From positions 110,608,001 through 110,672,000 of the forward strand of contig NW_027362773.1 in assembly GCF_046119375.1 (NCBI RefSeq): a stretch of 64,000 nt of DNA. Reading direction: 5' to 3'. The stretch comes from Phyllobates terribilis. Lineage: Eukaryota. The number at the start of each line of letters is the position of its first letter. Within the stretch, counting starts at the first letter, position 1. Of the stretch, positions 1 to 10,908 are shown in pieces. A program made the translations under genes and the position numbers. The notes below the pieces were generated by a model. The model searched no databases. It worked only from the letters and a program-made list of their open reading frames with translations, and had not been told where the DNA came from.

Positions 1-1422
1 TAGCGTACAAGCGGACAGTAGTGAGGGCTGCGGTCATAGCGTACAAGCGGACAGTAGTGAGGGCTGCCGTAATAGCGTACAAGCGGACAGTAGTGAGGGC
101 TGCGGTCATAGCGTACAAGAGGACAGTAGTGAGGGCTGCCGTCATAGCGTACAAGAGGACAGTAGTGAGGGCTGCCGTCATAGCGTACAAGCGGACAGTA
201 GTGAGGGCTGCGGTCATAGCGTACAAGCAGACAGTAATGAGGGCTGCGGTCATAGCGTACAAGCGGACAGTAGTGAGGGCTGCGGTCATAGCGTACAAGC
301 GGACAGTAGTGAGGTCTGCGGTCATAGCGTACAAGCGGACAGTAGTGAGGGCTGCGGTCATAGCGTACAAGCGGACAGTAATGAGGGCTGCGGTCATAGC
401 GTACAAGAGGACAGTAGTGAGGGCTGCGGTCATAGCGTACAAGCGGACAGTAGTGAGGTCTGCGGTCATAGCATACAAGCGGACAGTAGTGAGGGCTGCG
501 GTCATAGCGTACAAGCATACAGTAGTGAGGCTGCGGTCATAGCGTACAAGCAGACAGTAGTGAGGGCTGTGGTCATAGCGTACAAGCGGACAGTAGTGAG
601 GGCTGCGGTCATAGCGTACAAGCAGACAGTGAAGAGGGCTGCGGTCATAGCAGACAAGCGGACAGTAGTGAGGGCTGCCGTCATAGCGTACAAGCGGACA
701 GTAATGACGGCTGCGGTCATAGCAGACAAGCGGACAGTAGTGAGGGCTGCGGTCATAACATACAAGCGGACAGTAGTGAGGGCTGCGGTCATAGCGTACA
801 AGCGGACAGTAGGGAGGTCAGCGGTCATAGCGTACAAGCAGACAGTAGTGAGGTCTGCGGTCATAGCGTACAAGCGGACAGTAGTGAGGTCTGCGGTCAT
901 AGCGTACAAGCGGACAGTAGTGAGATCTGCGGTCATAGCGTACAAGCGGACAGTAGCGAGGGCTGCGGTCATAGCGTACAAGAGAACAGTAATGAGGGCT
1001 GCGGTCATAGCGTACAGTAATGAGGGCTGCGGTCATAGTGTACAAGCGGACAGTAATGAGGGCTGCGGTCATAGCGTTCAAGCGGACAGTAATGAGGGCT
1101 GCGGTCATAGCGTACAAGCGGACAGTTGTGAGGTCTGCGGTCATAGCGTACAAGCGGACAGTAGTGAGGTCTGCGGTCATAGCGTACAAGCAGACAGTAA
1201 TGAGGGCTGCGGTCATAGCGTACAAGCGGACAGTAGTGAGGGCCGCGGTCATAGCGTACAAGAGGACAGTAATGAGGGCTGCGGTCATAGGAGACAAGCG
1301 GACAGTAGTGAGGGCTGCGATCATAGCGTACAAGCGGACAGTAGTGAGGGCCGCGGTCATAGGAGACAAGCGGACAGTAGTGAGGACTGCGATCATAGCG
1401 TACAAGCGGACAGTAGTGAGGG
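1..1422. repeat. 36-bp minisatellite (TAGCGTACAAGCGGACAGTAGTGAGGGCTGCGGTCA)n, about 39 copies, truncated by the window start
   Basis: Unit read directly. The 12-aa periodic ORFs (RTVVRAAVIAYK) on both strands are by-products of the repeat. Confidence 0.97.
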
Positions 1423-1429
1423 AAGTGAT

Positions 1430-1671
1430 CAGAGTAAAAGAAGAGCTTGTTGATGGTGATATGAAGCGATTTATTGCAGTTATTTATTTCAAATGGTGTG
1501 CAACCAAATATTAAGCTGAGGGTGCCAACAATTTTGTCTGGCCTATTTTTGAGTTCTTCCAATACACACAAAGGAAATAAACATGTGTATAACAAAATAT
1601 GTAATTTTCTGGGAGAAACACTTAATTTTCTGAAACAATTTCAAGTGTGCCAACACTTTCGGCCATGACTG
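1430..1671 (+). mobile_element. Tc1/mariner 3' end fragment
   Basis: Transposase C-terminal tail (KRFIAVI...GCATKY-like, stop at 1514) followed by the terminus ...CAACACTTTCGGCCATGACTG|TA. Confidence 0.75.
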
Positions 1672-1909
1672 TATAACACACAGCTCCCCTCTATATAATA
1701 TACAGACCTCTATATGCAACGTGTATATAATATAGCCCCTATATATAATACACAGCTCCCTATATGCATATAATATGCATCACCTATATTTAACGCACAA
1801 CTCCTATATACAATACAGCCCTATATAATACACAGCCCTTATATATAATACACAACCATTATATGTAATACACATCTCCCTACATATAATACACAGATCC
1901 TTATATATA
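1672..1909. repeat. TA-rich satellite segment (TATAATACACAGCCCC-like, degenerate)
   Basis: Imperfect 16-20 bp units, the same family as 19099-23053. Confidence 0.85.
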
Positions 1910-2323
1910 CAGTACAGACCAAAAGTTTGGACACACCTTCTCATTTAAAGATTTCTCTGCATTTTCATGACTTTGAAAATTGTACATTCACACTGAAGGC
2001 ATCAAAACTATGAATTAACACATGTGGAATTATATACTTAACAAAAAAGTGTGAAACAACTGAAAATATGTCTTATATTCTAGGTTCTTCAAAGTAGCCA
2101 CCTCTTGCTTTGATGACTGCTTTGCACACTCTTGGCATTCTCTTGATGAGCTTCAAGAGGTAGTCACCGGAAATGGTTTTCACTTCACAGGTGTGCCCTG
2201 TCAGGTTTAATAAGTATGATTTCTTGCCTTATAAATGGGGTTGGGACCATCAGTTGCATTGTGCAGAAGTCAGGTGGATACACAGCTGATAGTCCTACTG
2301 AATAGACTGTTAGAATTTGTATT

Positions 2324-2645
2324 ATGGCAAGAAAAAAGCAGCTAAGTAAAGAAAAACGAGTGGCCATCATTACTTTAAGAAATGAAGGTCAGTCAGTCCG
2401 AAAAATTGGGAAAACTTTGAAAGTGTCCCCAAGTGCAGTTGCAAAAACCATCAAGCGCTTACAAAGAAACTGGCTCACATGAGGACCACCCCAGGAAAGG
2501 AAGACCAAGAGTCACCTCTGTTTCTGAGGATAAGTTTATCCGAGTCACCAGCCTCAGAAATCGCAGGTTAACAGCAGCTCAGATTAGGGACCAGGTCAAT
2601 GCCACACAAAGTTCTAGCAGCAGACACATCTCTACAACAACTGCT
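2324..2645 (+). pseudogene. Tc1-A transposase N-terminal half (paired-like HTH, GRPR motif), frameshifted
   Basis: ATGGCAAGAAAAAAG at 2324; ...HEDHPRKGRPRVTSVSEDKFIRVTSLRNRRLTAAQIR... Confidence 0.85.
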
Positions 2646-3444
2646 TGTGGCATCAGCATCTCTGCCCCCTGACAGGCAGAGACGCCGTCCCCCTTACCGC
2701 CGCGCTCCTGGCCCGGCGTCTTCCGGCTCTCTTGCTGCTGCCGGCGCGCGCAGCTTCCCGGGCACTGTGCTTAGGGCGCGCTCCTTCCCTCTTAAAGGGG
2801 CCGCGTGCGCCGTCCTAAGGAGTCCCCGGCCAATGGCCGGAGGACTTCTCATATAAAAGGCACCTCCTCCAAAATGGAGGAGCCCGTGCAAGGTTGTAGC
2901 ATTGTATTCTAAACTCTGCTTCATCCCTCAGGGCCCGCTGCTAGTCTGACTACCAGTCCAGTCCACCAGCCTGACTACCAGTCCGCCAGCCTGACTAATA
3001 GTCCAGTCGGCCAGCCTAGTACACTCTCCAGCCCGACGGTCTGCCTATGGTCCAAACCCGTCAGTCTGTCTATGGGCCAGGCTTGCCTGCCTACCCGGAG
3101 AACGTACCAGTCACCTGCCGTGCCTACCAGCCAGCCTACCTGGAGGCTCCGGGCAGTTACCCGTGGTGTCTGCCAGTCCGTCTACCCGGATCACCCGTCA
3201 GCCTGCCTGCCGTGCTCATCTGCTGTACTGGTCAGTCCCAGCCTTCTGACCCGTGGGAGTCACCTGCTCTCATACAAGGACTGGCCCAGAGTAGCACCTG
3301 GTCCCTCTGCTCGGTCCTTCCCTGGTTCACGGAGTCGATTGAGCCGCCGTGCGACCTTGGTCAGTCCGAGTTGATACCTAGTTACGCCCCTCTGGTCCCT
3401 CCTTGCACCGCAGCACAGAGGTTCCACCACCCGGATCCGTAACA
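2646..3444 (+). repeat. 5' LTR (799 bp) with CCAAT (about 2830) and TATAAAA (2852-2858)
   Basis: Starts TGTGGCATC, ends CCGTAACA, and is co-linear with 9137-10008. Confidence 0.95.
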
Positions 3445-3446
3445 GT

Positions 3447-3456
3447 TTGCACGGGC
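3447..3456 (+). promoter_or_regulatory. Non-tRNA primer-binding site TTGCACGGGC, complementary to LTR 2882-2891 (putative self-priming)
   Basis: No TGG-type tRNA PBS follows the LTR. The 10-mer is a perfect reverse complement of GCCCGTGCAA, 30 nt downstream of the TATA box. Confidence 0.75.
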
Positions 3457-3457
3457 C

Positions 3458-5898
3458 ATGGAACCCGGTGGCCCTCAGGCCCCTTCGCTTGCTGACCTGT
3501 ACCAGGAGGTTTCTCGTGTTATGCACACGCCCGGGCTAAGCGGCGTGTGCGTGGGATTGGTAGTGATTCCACTGGACCGTGCCGGAGAGTGAATGCCTGG
3601 AGGGGCGTGACTAAGTATTCACCCGATCCGACCAGGGTCGCACGACGGCATACGACGCCAGTGCACCAAGGAGGAACCGAGCAGAGGGACCAGGTGCTAC
3701 TCCAGGACAGACCCCGGACACGGCTGTTGACCCACACAGGGGAATACAGGAACAGGCTGGTAGGCTGGCACACAGACTGGAGGGTATAGGCAGGCACGAC
3801 TGGTATGCAGGCAGGCGGGTATGCAGGCAGGGGGGTAAAGGCAAGCACAGCTAGAGTGCAGACAGGGAGGCACTAGCAGGTAGGAACACAGGCGGGATAG
3901 AACCCAGTACACACCGGGACTCAGGAACAATACAGGCAGAGGGTTACAGGCAAGCACAGCTAGAGTGCAGACAAGGCTGAGCAGGGAGGACAGGGCTCTG
4001 TTCACACGGAACAGACAGGAAGGGAAAGACAGAGCCAGATACTCACACAGTATTTGCAGAGACAACAAGCAGGAGTTAGGTACGAGTTCAGACTCTGCAG
4101 AAAAAGGAAGGGAACGGACATAGAGGCAAAACAGGTAAAGGACAGGAGAGAGTTCAGACTGGAACTGAGTGTACGGAGGAGACCGACACTGCAGAGGGAT
4201 ACAGGAGCGGGTCTGGGAATACGGCCCCCAGAGAGGCGGAACGAACAGGCAAGGAGCGTGTTCAGACAGGACAGACCAGACACAGGAGCGGGTCTAGGAA
4301 ATCGGCCACTAGAAGGCGGAGCGAACAGGCAAGGAGCGTGTTCAGACAGGACAGACCAGACACAGGAGCGGGTCTAGGAAATCGGCCACTAGAAGGCGAG
4401 AGGAACAGGCTAGGAGCGTGTTCAGACAGGTCAGACAAGATACAGGAACGGGTCTAGGTAATCGGCCCCTAGAAGGCAGGAGGAACAGGCTAGGAGCGTG
4501 TTCAGACAGGACAGACAAGAGAACACAGAAAGGACTCAGTTCAGACACGGGAACTAATACCGAAAAGCAGGAGACATACAGGACTCAGTTCAGACACGGG
4601 AGCTGATACCGCAAAGCAGGAGACATACAGGACTCAGTTCAGACAGGCCTGGAAATACAGCCTCCAAGAAAGGCAGACAAGGAAACAAAGAACGGGACCT
4701 GGCACCTTCAGAGTGCAAGCACCCACTGAAGGAAACACTATGCTCAGGCAGGGATAGAAGGGAGCTGCTGAGCTATATACCAAGTGACAGACAGCAATAG
4801 GCTGAGGACGCACAAGGGGTGTGACCCACAGCAGGTACAAAAGGCAGGAAGTGATCGGGCGCCGCCCTTAAGCAGCAGAAACAGACACAAACAGACAGCA
4901 TGGAGGGAAGCCAGAGAGACATTCTGGACAGGAGATCAAGTGCGCCCTCTTGCACAGTGGGAGATGGACCACCATGCAAGGACGCCGCCAGGTATGTTAC
5001 ATCTCGTCAGAGATCCCAACAGGAAAGCATCCTGACCTACCTGTGTTCTGTCAACTCTCGCCGGGACACGCTGTCCGTCCCACCTGTGTCCACCTCGAGC
5101 CGAGCGACACCCGCTCTGACGGCGCCTCTGCCTACCAGTGCCACGGCTTCCAGCTCTGGACCCCGGTTCTCTGTGCCTCCTCGTTTTGGGGGTGACCCCG
5201 TCTTATGTCGGGGTTTTCTGAACCAGTGAACGCTGCACTTTGAACTACTGGCACATCAGTTTCCCTCCGACTGGGCCAAGGTGGCGTTCATCATGTCTCA
5301 CCTCACCGGGGAAGCATTGGCATGGCTAAACCCTCTATGGGAGAGAGGGGATCCCCTGGTGTCCAATCTTCCGGCTTTCCTCACTGCCTTCCGGAGGGTT
5401 TTCGATGAGCCCGGACGAAGGACTTCTACTGCCTCCTCATTGCTCCGTCTCCGCCAAGGGAGTCTCACCGTGGGCCAGTATGCCATACAATTCCGTACCC
5501 TCACTTCTGAGCTAGCCTGGAACAACGAGGCCCTGGTGTCCACCTTCTGGGAGGGTCTTTCCGGACGGATTAAGGACGAGCTAGCCGGCCGGGACATTCC
5601 TACCACGCTGGATGACCTGGTGTCACTAGCTACCCGGATTGACATCCGTTTCTTGGAACGTGCTAAGGATACTACCCGGGAGAGAAGATTTCCTCGTCTT
5701 GCTCCTGTTTTCCAGAAACCTGCCTCCTAACCAGCAACTCCCCGGGCACGCTCGCCCGAACCCATGCAGATCGACCATACCAAGATGGTCAAGTCTCGCC
5801 AAGAAACACGCCGAGCCGAGGGGAGCTGTTTCTACTTTGGTAGTAAGGAGCATCTGATCCGTTCCTGTCCGGTGAAGCCGGGAAACGCCAGTGTCTAG
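3458..5898 (+). pseudogene. Gypsy gag (PEG10/RTL1-like capsid plus degenerate CCHC knuckle), interrupted by a solo LTR and by stops/frameshift
   Basis: ATG at 3458 (MEPGGPQAPSLADLYQEVS|RQRSQQ...) rejoins across 3517-5001. Motifs PRFGGDP..CRGFLNQ and AFIMSHLTGEALAW; knuckle CFYFGSKEHLIRSC; TAG at 5896-5898. Confidence 0.9.
3517..5001 (-). mobile_element. Solo LTR (1485 bp) of a related Gypsy family, inserted antisense into gag
   Basis: TG...CA ends, perfect 5-bp TSD TCTCG (3512-3516 / 5002-5006), a U5-like block homologous to the host LTR, and an internal 80-bp repeat x4 at about 4199-4515. Confidence 0.92.
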
Positions 5899-5922
5899 GA
5901 CCGCTCTGAGAGGTCGTCCTAG
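5880..5922 (+). promoter_or_regulatory. -1 ribosomal frameshift signal: slippery G GGA AAC plus downstream stem
   Basis: Heptamer 5880-5886 is in the gag frame, followed by an 8-nt spacer and stem CTAGGAC (5895-5901) / GTCCTAG (5916-5922). Pol is in the -1 frame. Confidence 0.85.
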
Positions 5923-8900
5923 GCAAGAGTAAATCCTCTCCGTTCTTGACTTTATCCGTTTCTATTTCCTGTGGAGAGAACCGCTTCTTTGAAACCGCCC
6001 ACCTGAATTCCGGAGCCGCTGGGAATCTCATTTCTCAGTCCCTTGTAGAGAAGTATCAGATTCCCACCAAACCTCTGGCTGAATCATTGGCAGTCGCTTC
6101 CGTGGATGGAAGACTCCTTCCGGTTACCATCTTGCTCGTCACAGAGCCTGTAACCCTTCAGGTGCGAATGCTGCACTCGGAGAGGATCTCCTTCCATGTG
6201 CTATCCGGACTCTCTCACTCCCTTTTGCTAGGCTTACTCTGGCTGCCGAGACATGAACCCGTTCTGAATTGGTGATCCGGTGAGGTGCTCCGTTGGGGGC
6301 AGGATTGCCATGAGACCTGCTTGGTTCCGGTTTGCCCGGCTCGACCTCAGTCTACTCCGGCTAATTTACCTGGTCTACCGGCACCTTACTGGTCCTATGA
6401 AGATGTCTTCGACAAGAAGGAAGCAGAGACACTGCCACCTCATAGGCCATATGATTGCCCTATCGACCTGGTACCTGGTGCCACTCCACCCCGTGGGGGT
6501 ATCTACCCCTTGTCGTTGGCCGAAACCCGGGCCATGTCAGAGTACATCGAAGAAAATCTGGCTAGGGGATTCATCCAGAAATCTACCTCCCCGGCTGGAG
6601 CTGGATTCTTCTTCGTAAAAAAAGAAAGACGGTTCACTACGCCCCTGTATTGATTATAGGGGACTCAACCAGATTACTATAAAAAATAAATACCCCCTGC
6701 CGCTCATCTCGGAGCTGTTCGACCGCCTTAAAGGCGCGAAGATCTTCACCAAGCTCGATCTTCGTGGGGCATATAACTTGGTCCGGATCCGCCAAGGAGA
6801 CGAGTGGAAGACGGCATTCAATACCCGGGACGGCCACTATGAATACCGTGTGATGCCCTTCGGCCTCTGTAATGCTCCAGCAGTCTTTCAAGAACTAGTT
6901 AATGACATCTTCCGTGACCTCTTATATTCATGCGTGGTGGTGTACCTGGACGACATCTTGGTCTTCTCTCCGGATCTACCCACACACCGGAGGGATGTTC
7001 GTCAGGTCCTGCTTAGGCTCAGGCAGAATCACCTATACGGAAAATTTGAGAAATGCCTCTTTGAGCAGACTTCTCTTCCGTTCCTGGGCTATATTATCTC
7101 TAAGATTGGTCTACGGATGGACCCAGAGAAGGTCTCTGCCGTCTTAAAGTGGCCCTGACCGGAGGGGTTGAAGGCGATTCAGCGATTCCTGGGCTTCGCT
7201 AACTATTACTGCCTCTTCATCCCCCATTTCTCTTCCCAGACTGCACCCATCTCTGCGCTCACCCATAAGGAAGCAAATCCTAAGGAATGGACGTCCGAAG
7301 CGGAGGAGGCCTTCCTCTCCTTAAAACAAGCCTTCTCTTCTGCTGCACCGTCTGGATTGCTACAAACAGTTCTTTCTGGAGGTTGATGCTTCCTCTTCCG
7401 GAGCCGGAGCGGTGCTCACCCAGAAATCTCCGTCCGGTAGAATGGTAACCTGCGGCTTCTTCTCCAAGCTTTTCTCCTCGTCCGAGCGCAACTATTCCAT
7501 AGGAGACCGAGAACTGCTAGCCATCAAATTGGCGCTGGAGGAGTGGCGTTACCTGCTAGAGGGGGATCTGCACCCAGTGGTCATCTACACTGACCACAAA
7601 AATCTGGCATATCTACAGAATGCCCAAAGACTCAATCCGCGTCAGGCCAGGAGGTCTTTGTTCTTCATCCGTTTCAACTTTACCCTACATTACCGTCCTG
7701 CGGACAAGAATGTTACAGCCGACACTTTGTTCCGATCCTTCCTGTCTTACGATCAAGAGGAGGAGCATATGCATATCATCGATCCCTCCAAAGTGATGGA
7801 CGTGGCTCCCTTGGACCTGTCTTGTCTCCCACCCGGTAAGACGTTTGTAGCGGTTCCGGATTGTAAGAAGGTTCTTCACTGGGGTCATTCATCTAAACTA
7901 GCCGGCCATGCTGGCCAGAGGAAGACCTTCCTGCTCATTACCCGGCATTACTGGTGGCCTTCCCTGTGCAAGGATATTGTAGACTTCGTCACGGCCTGTT
8001 CATCCTGTGCCCACAACAAGGTTCCCAGACATATTCCAGCCGGCCGTCTCCTGCCTCTTCCCGTACCTGCTGCCCCGTGGCAACACATTGCTATGGATTT
8101 TATTACCGAGCTCCCTGTTTCTGCCGGTTGTACTTTCATTTGGGTGGTCGCTGACCGCTTTTCTAAAATGGCCCACTTTATCCCTCAGCCTGGTCTCCCG
8201 TCTGCATCTGTGCTGGCTAAGGACTTCATCCATCACATCTTTCGTCTCTACGGCCTTCCCCTCCACATTGTGTCTGATCGCGGGGTCCAGTTTAGTTTGC
8301 GCTTCTGGAGAGCTACGTGTAAGCTGCTGGATGTCTCCCTGGATTTCTCCTCTGCTTATCATCCTCAATCCAATGGCAAAGTGGAATGTATCAACCAGAT
8401 CTTTACCAGCTTCCTCCGGCACTTCGTCAATGCTCAGCATACCGATTGGGTAGAGCTCCTACCATGGGCCGAGTTCTCCTATAACAACCATGAGAGCGAA
8501 TCTTCTTCCAAGTCTCCGTTCTTTGTGGTCTACGGTCAACATCCCCTGATTCCGTTTCCCGTCTCCGCTTCAGTGGACAATCCTGCCGCGGAGTCTCTGG
8601 TCAGCGAATTTTCCACCATTTGGGAGGACACTAGGTCCACACTTCTTCAATCCTCCGAGCGAATGAAGAGACATGCGGACAAGAGACGTCTGGACCCACC
8701 TCAATTCCGTCCGGGAGACAAGGTTTGGCTCTCCTCCAAACATGTTCGTCTCAAAATACTCTCCTATAAGTTGGGTCCACGGTTCATCGATCTATTTGAA
8801 GTCCTCAAGCAAATCAATCCAGTGGCCTAAAAGTTAAAACTCCCGGCCACTTTATGGATTCCCAACTCCTTCCACGTATCTCTCCTCAAACCAGTTGTTC

Positions 8901-9105
8901 TTAATTATTTTTCCGACGATCCAGGTACCTCCCCAGCTCCGGTCTCCGCTGAGGACGTGTATGAGAACATTCTGGCCACCAAGAGGGTAAGAGGAAAAAC
9001 CTTTTTTCTGGTGGATTGGAAGGGGTTTGGCCCAGAGGAGAGAACTTGGGAACCCAGGGAGAACATCCACGCCCCGTTTCTTCTTAAAAAAAAAATTTCA
9101 AGCCT
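5880..9105 (+). pseudogene. Gypsy pol: protease, RT, RNase H, integrase, chromodomain (several stops and frameshifts)
   Basis: PR LNSGAAGN (catalytic D to N); [24 protein letters not shown]; RH ELLAIKLALEEWR; IN HSSKLAGH..CSSC with MDF/SDRG/GKVE; chromodomain ...FLVDWKGFGPEERTWEP (8957-9100). Confidence 0.95.
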
Positions 9106-9121
9106 AAAAAAGAGGGGGCAT

Positions 9122-9133
9122 AAAGGAGGGGGG
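9122..9133 (+). promoter_or_regulatory. Polypurine tract
   Basis: AAAGGAGGGGGG, 3 nt before the 3' LTR. Confidence 0.85.
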
Positions 9134-9136
9134 TAC

Positions 9137-10008
9137 TGTAGCATCGGCGTCTCTGCCCCCTGACAGGCAGAGACGCCGTCTCCCTTACCGCCGCGATCCT
9201 GGCCCGGCGTCTTCCGGCCCTCCTGCTGCTGCTGCCGGCGTGCGCAGCTTCCTGGGCACTGTGCTTAGGGCGCGCTCTCCCTCCATCTTAAAAGGGCCGC
9301 GCGCCGTCCTAAGGAGTCCCCGGCCAATGGCGGGAGGACTTCTCATATAAAAGGCACTTCCTCCAAAATGGAGGTGCCCGTGCAAGGTTGTAGCTTTGTG
9401 TTCTCAACTCTGCTTCAGCCCTCAGGTCCCACTGCTAGTCTCACTACCAGCCCAGTCCACCAGCCTGACTACCAGTCCAGTCCACCAGCCTGACTACCAG
9501 TCCAGTCCGCCAGCCTGAATACCAGTCCAGTCCGCCAGCCTGAATACCAGTCCAGTCCGCCAGCCTGACTACCTGTCTCCGCCAGCCAAGTACACTAGCC
9601 AGCCCGACGGTCTGCCTACAGTCCAAACCCGCCAGTCTGTCTATGGGCCAGGCTTGCCTGCCTACCCGGAGAACGTACCAGTTACCTGCCGTGCCTACCA
9701 GCCAGCCTACCTGGAGGCTCCAGCCAGTTACTCGTGGTGTCTGCCAGTCCGTCTACTCGGATCACCCGTCAGCCTGCCTGCCGTACTCATCTTCTTCAGT
9801 CCCTGCCTTCTGACCCGTGGGAGTCACCTGCTCTCATACAAGGACTGGCCCAGAGTAGCACCTGGTCACCCTGCTCGGTCCTTCCCTGGTTCATGGAGTC
9901 AATTGAGCCGCCGTGCGACCTTGGTCAGCCCGAGTTGATACCTAGTTACGCCACTCTGGTCCCTCCTTGCACCGCAGCACAGAGGTTCCACCACCCGGAT
10001 CCGTAACA
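9137..10008 (+). repeat. 3' LTR (872 bp)
   Basis: TGTAGCATC...CCGTAACA; carries extra copies of an internal 23-bp repeat compared with the 5' LTR. Confidence 0.95.
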
Positions 10009-10745
10009 CTGTTAAGAGGAGACTTTGTGCAGCAGGCCTTCATGGTAAAATAGCTGCTAGGAAACCACTGCTAAGGACAGGCAACAAGCAGAAGAGACTT
10101 GTTTGGGCTAAAGAACACAAGGAATGGACATTAGACCAGTGGAAATCTGTGCTTTGGTCTGATGAGTCCAAATTTGAGATCTTTGGTTCCAACCACCGTG
10201 TCTTTGTGCGACGCAGAAAAGGTGAAAGGATGGACTCTACATGCCTGGTTCCCACCGTGAAACATGGAGGAGGAGGTGTGATGGTGTGGGGGTGCTTTGC
10301 TGGTGACACTGTTGGGGATTTATTCAAAATTGAAGGCATACTGAACCAGCATGGCTACCACAGCATCTTGCAGTGGCATGCTAGTCCATCCGGTTTGCGT
10401 TTAGTTGGACCATCATTTATTTTTCAACAGGACAATGACCCCAAACACACCTCCAGGCTGTGTAAGGGCTATTTGACCAAGAAGGAGAGTGATGGGGTGC
10501 TACGCCAGATGACCTGGCCTCCACAGTCACCAGACCTGAACCCAATCGAGATGGTTTGGGGTGAGCTGGACTGCAGAGTGAAGGCAAAAGGGCCAACAAG
10601 TGCTAAGCATCTCTGGGAACTCCTTCAAGATTGTTGGAAGACCATTTCCGGTGACTACCTCTTGAAGCTCATCAAGAGAATGCCAAGAGGGTGCAAAGGA
10701 GTCATCAAAGCAAAAGGTGGCTACTTTGAAAAACCTAGAATATAA
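10009..10745 (+). pseudogene. Tc1-A transposase C-terminal half (DD34E)
   Basis: LWSDESKFE...VKHGGGGVMVWGCF...[11 protein letters not shown]...[12 protein letters not shown]. Confidence 0.95.
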
Positions 10746-10908
10746 GACATATTTTCAGTTGTTTCACACTTTTTTGTTAAGTATATAATTCCACATGTGT
10801 TAATTCATAGTTTTGATGCCTTCATTGTGAATGTACAATTTTCATAGTCGTGAAAATACAGAAAAATCTTTAATTAAGCAGGTGTGTCCAAACTTTTGGT
10901 CTGTACTG

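Larger units (their letters stand above)
2646..10008 (+). mobile_element. Full-length decayed Ty3/Gypsy chromovirus (Tf1/sushi group) LTR retrotransposon
   Basis: TG...CA LTRs at 2646-3444 and 9137-10008, 5-bp TSD CTGCT/CTGTT, gag-PR-RT-RH-IN-chromodomain order, PPT before the 3' LTR. Confidence 0.96.
1910..10908 (+). mobile_element. Tc1-like DNA transposon A, split by a Gypsy insertion
   Basis: TIRs CAGTACAGACCAAAAGTTTGGACACACC / GGTGTGTCCAAACTTTTGGTCTGTACTG with TA on both sides. The transposase runs 2324-2645 and resumes at 10009-10745. Confidence 0.95.

Noticed and set aside
21-1453. Long periodic ORFs (173-297 aa) on both strands
   Set aside because: These are a direct consequence of a 36-bp unit lacking stops in some frames. 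There are no splice signals, promoter or unique domain.
2646-10008. Host genes PEG10/RTL1
   Set aside because: Paired LTRs, a TSD and multiple disablements show a transposon copy, not a domesticated gene.
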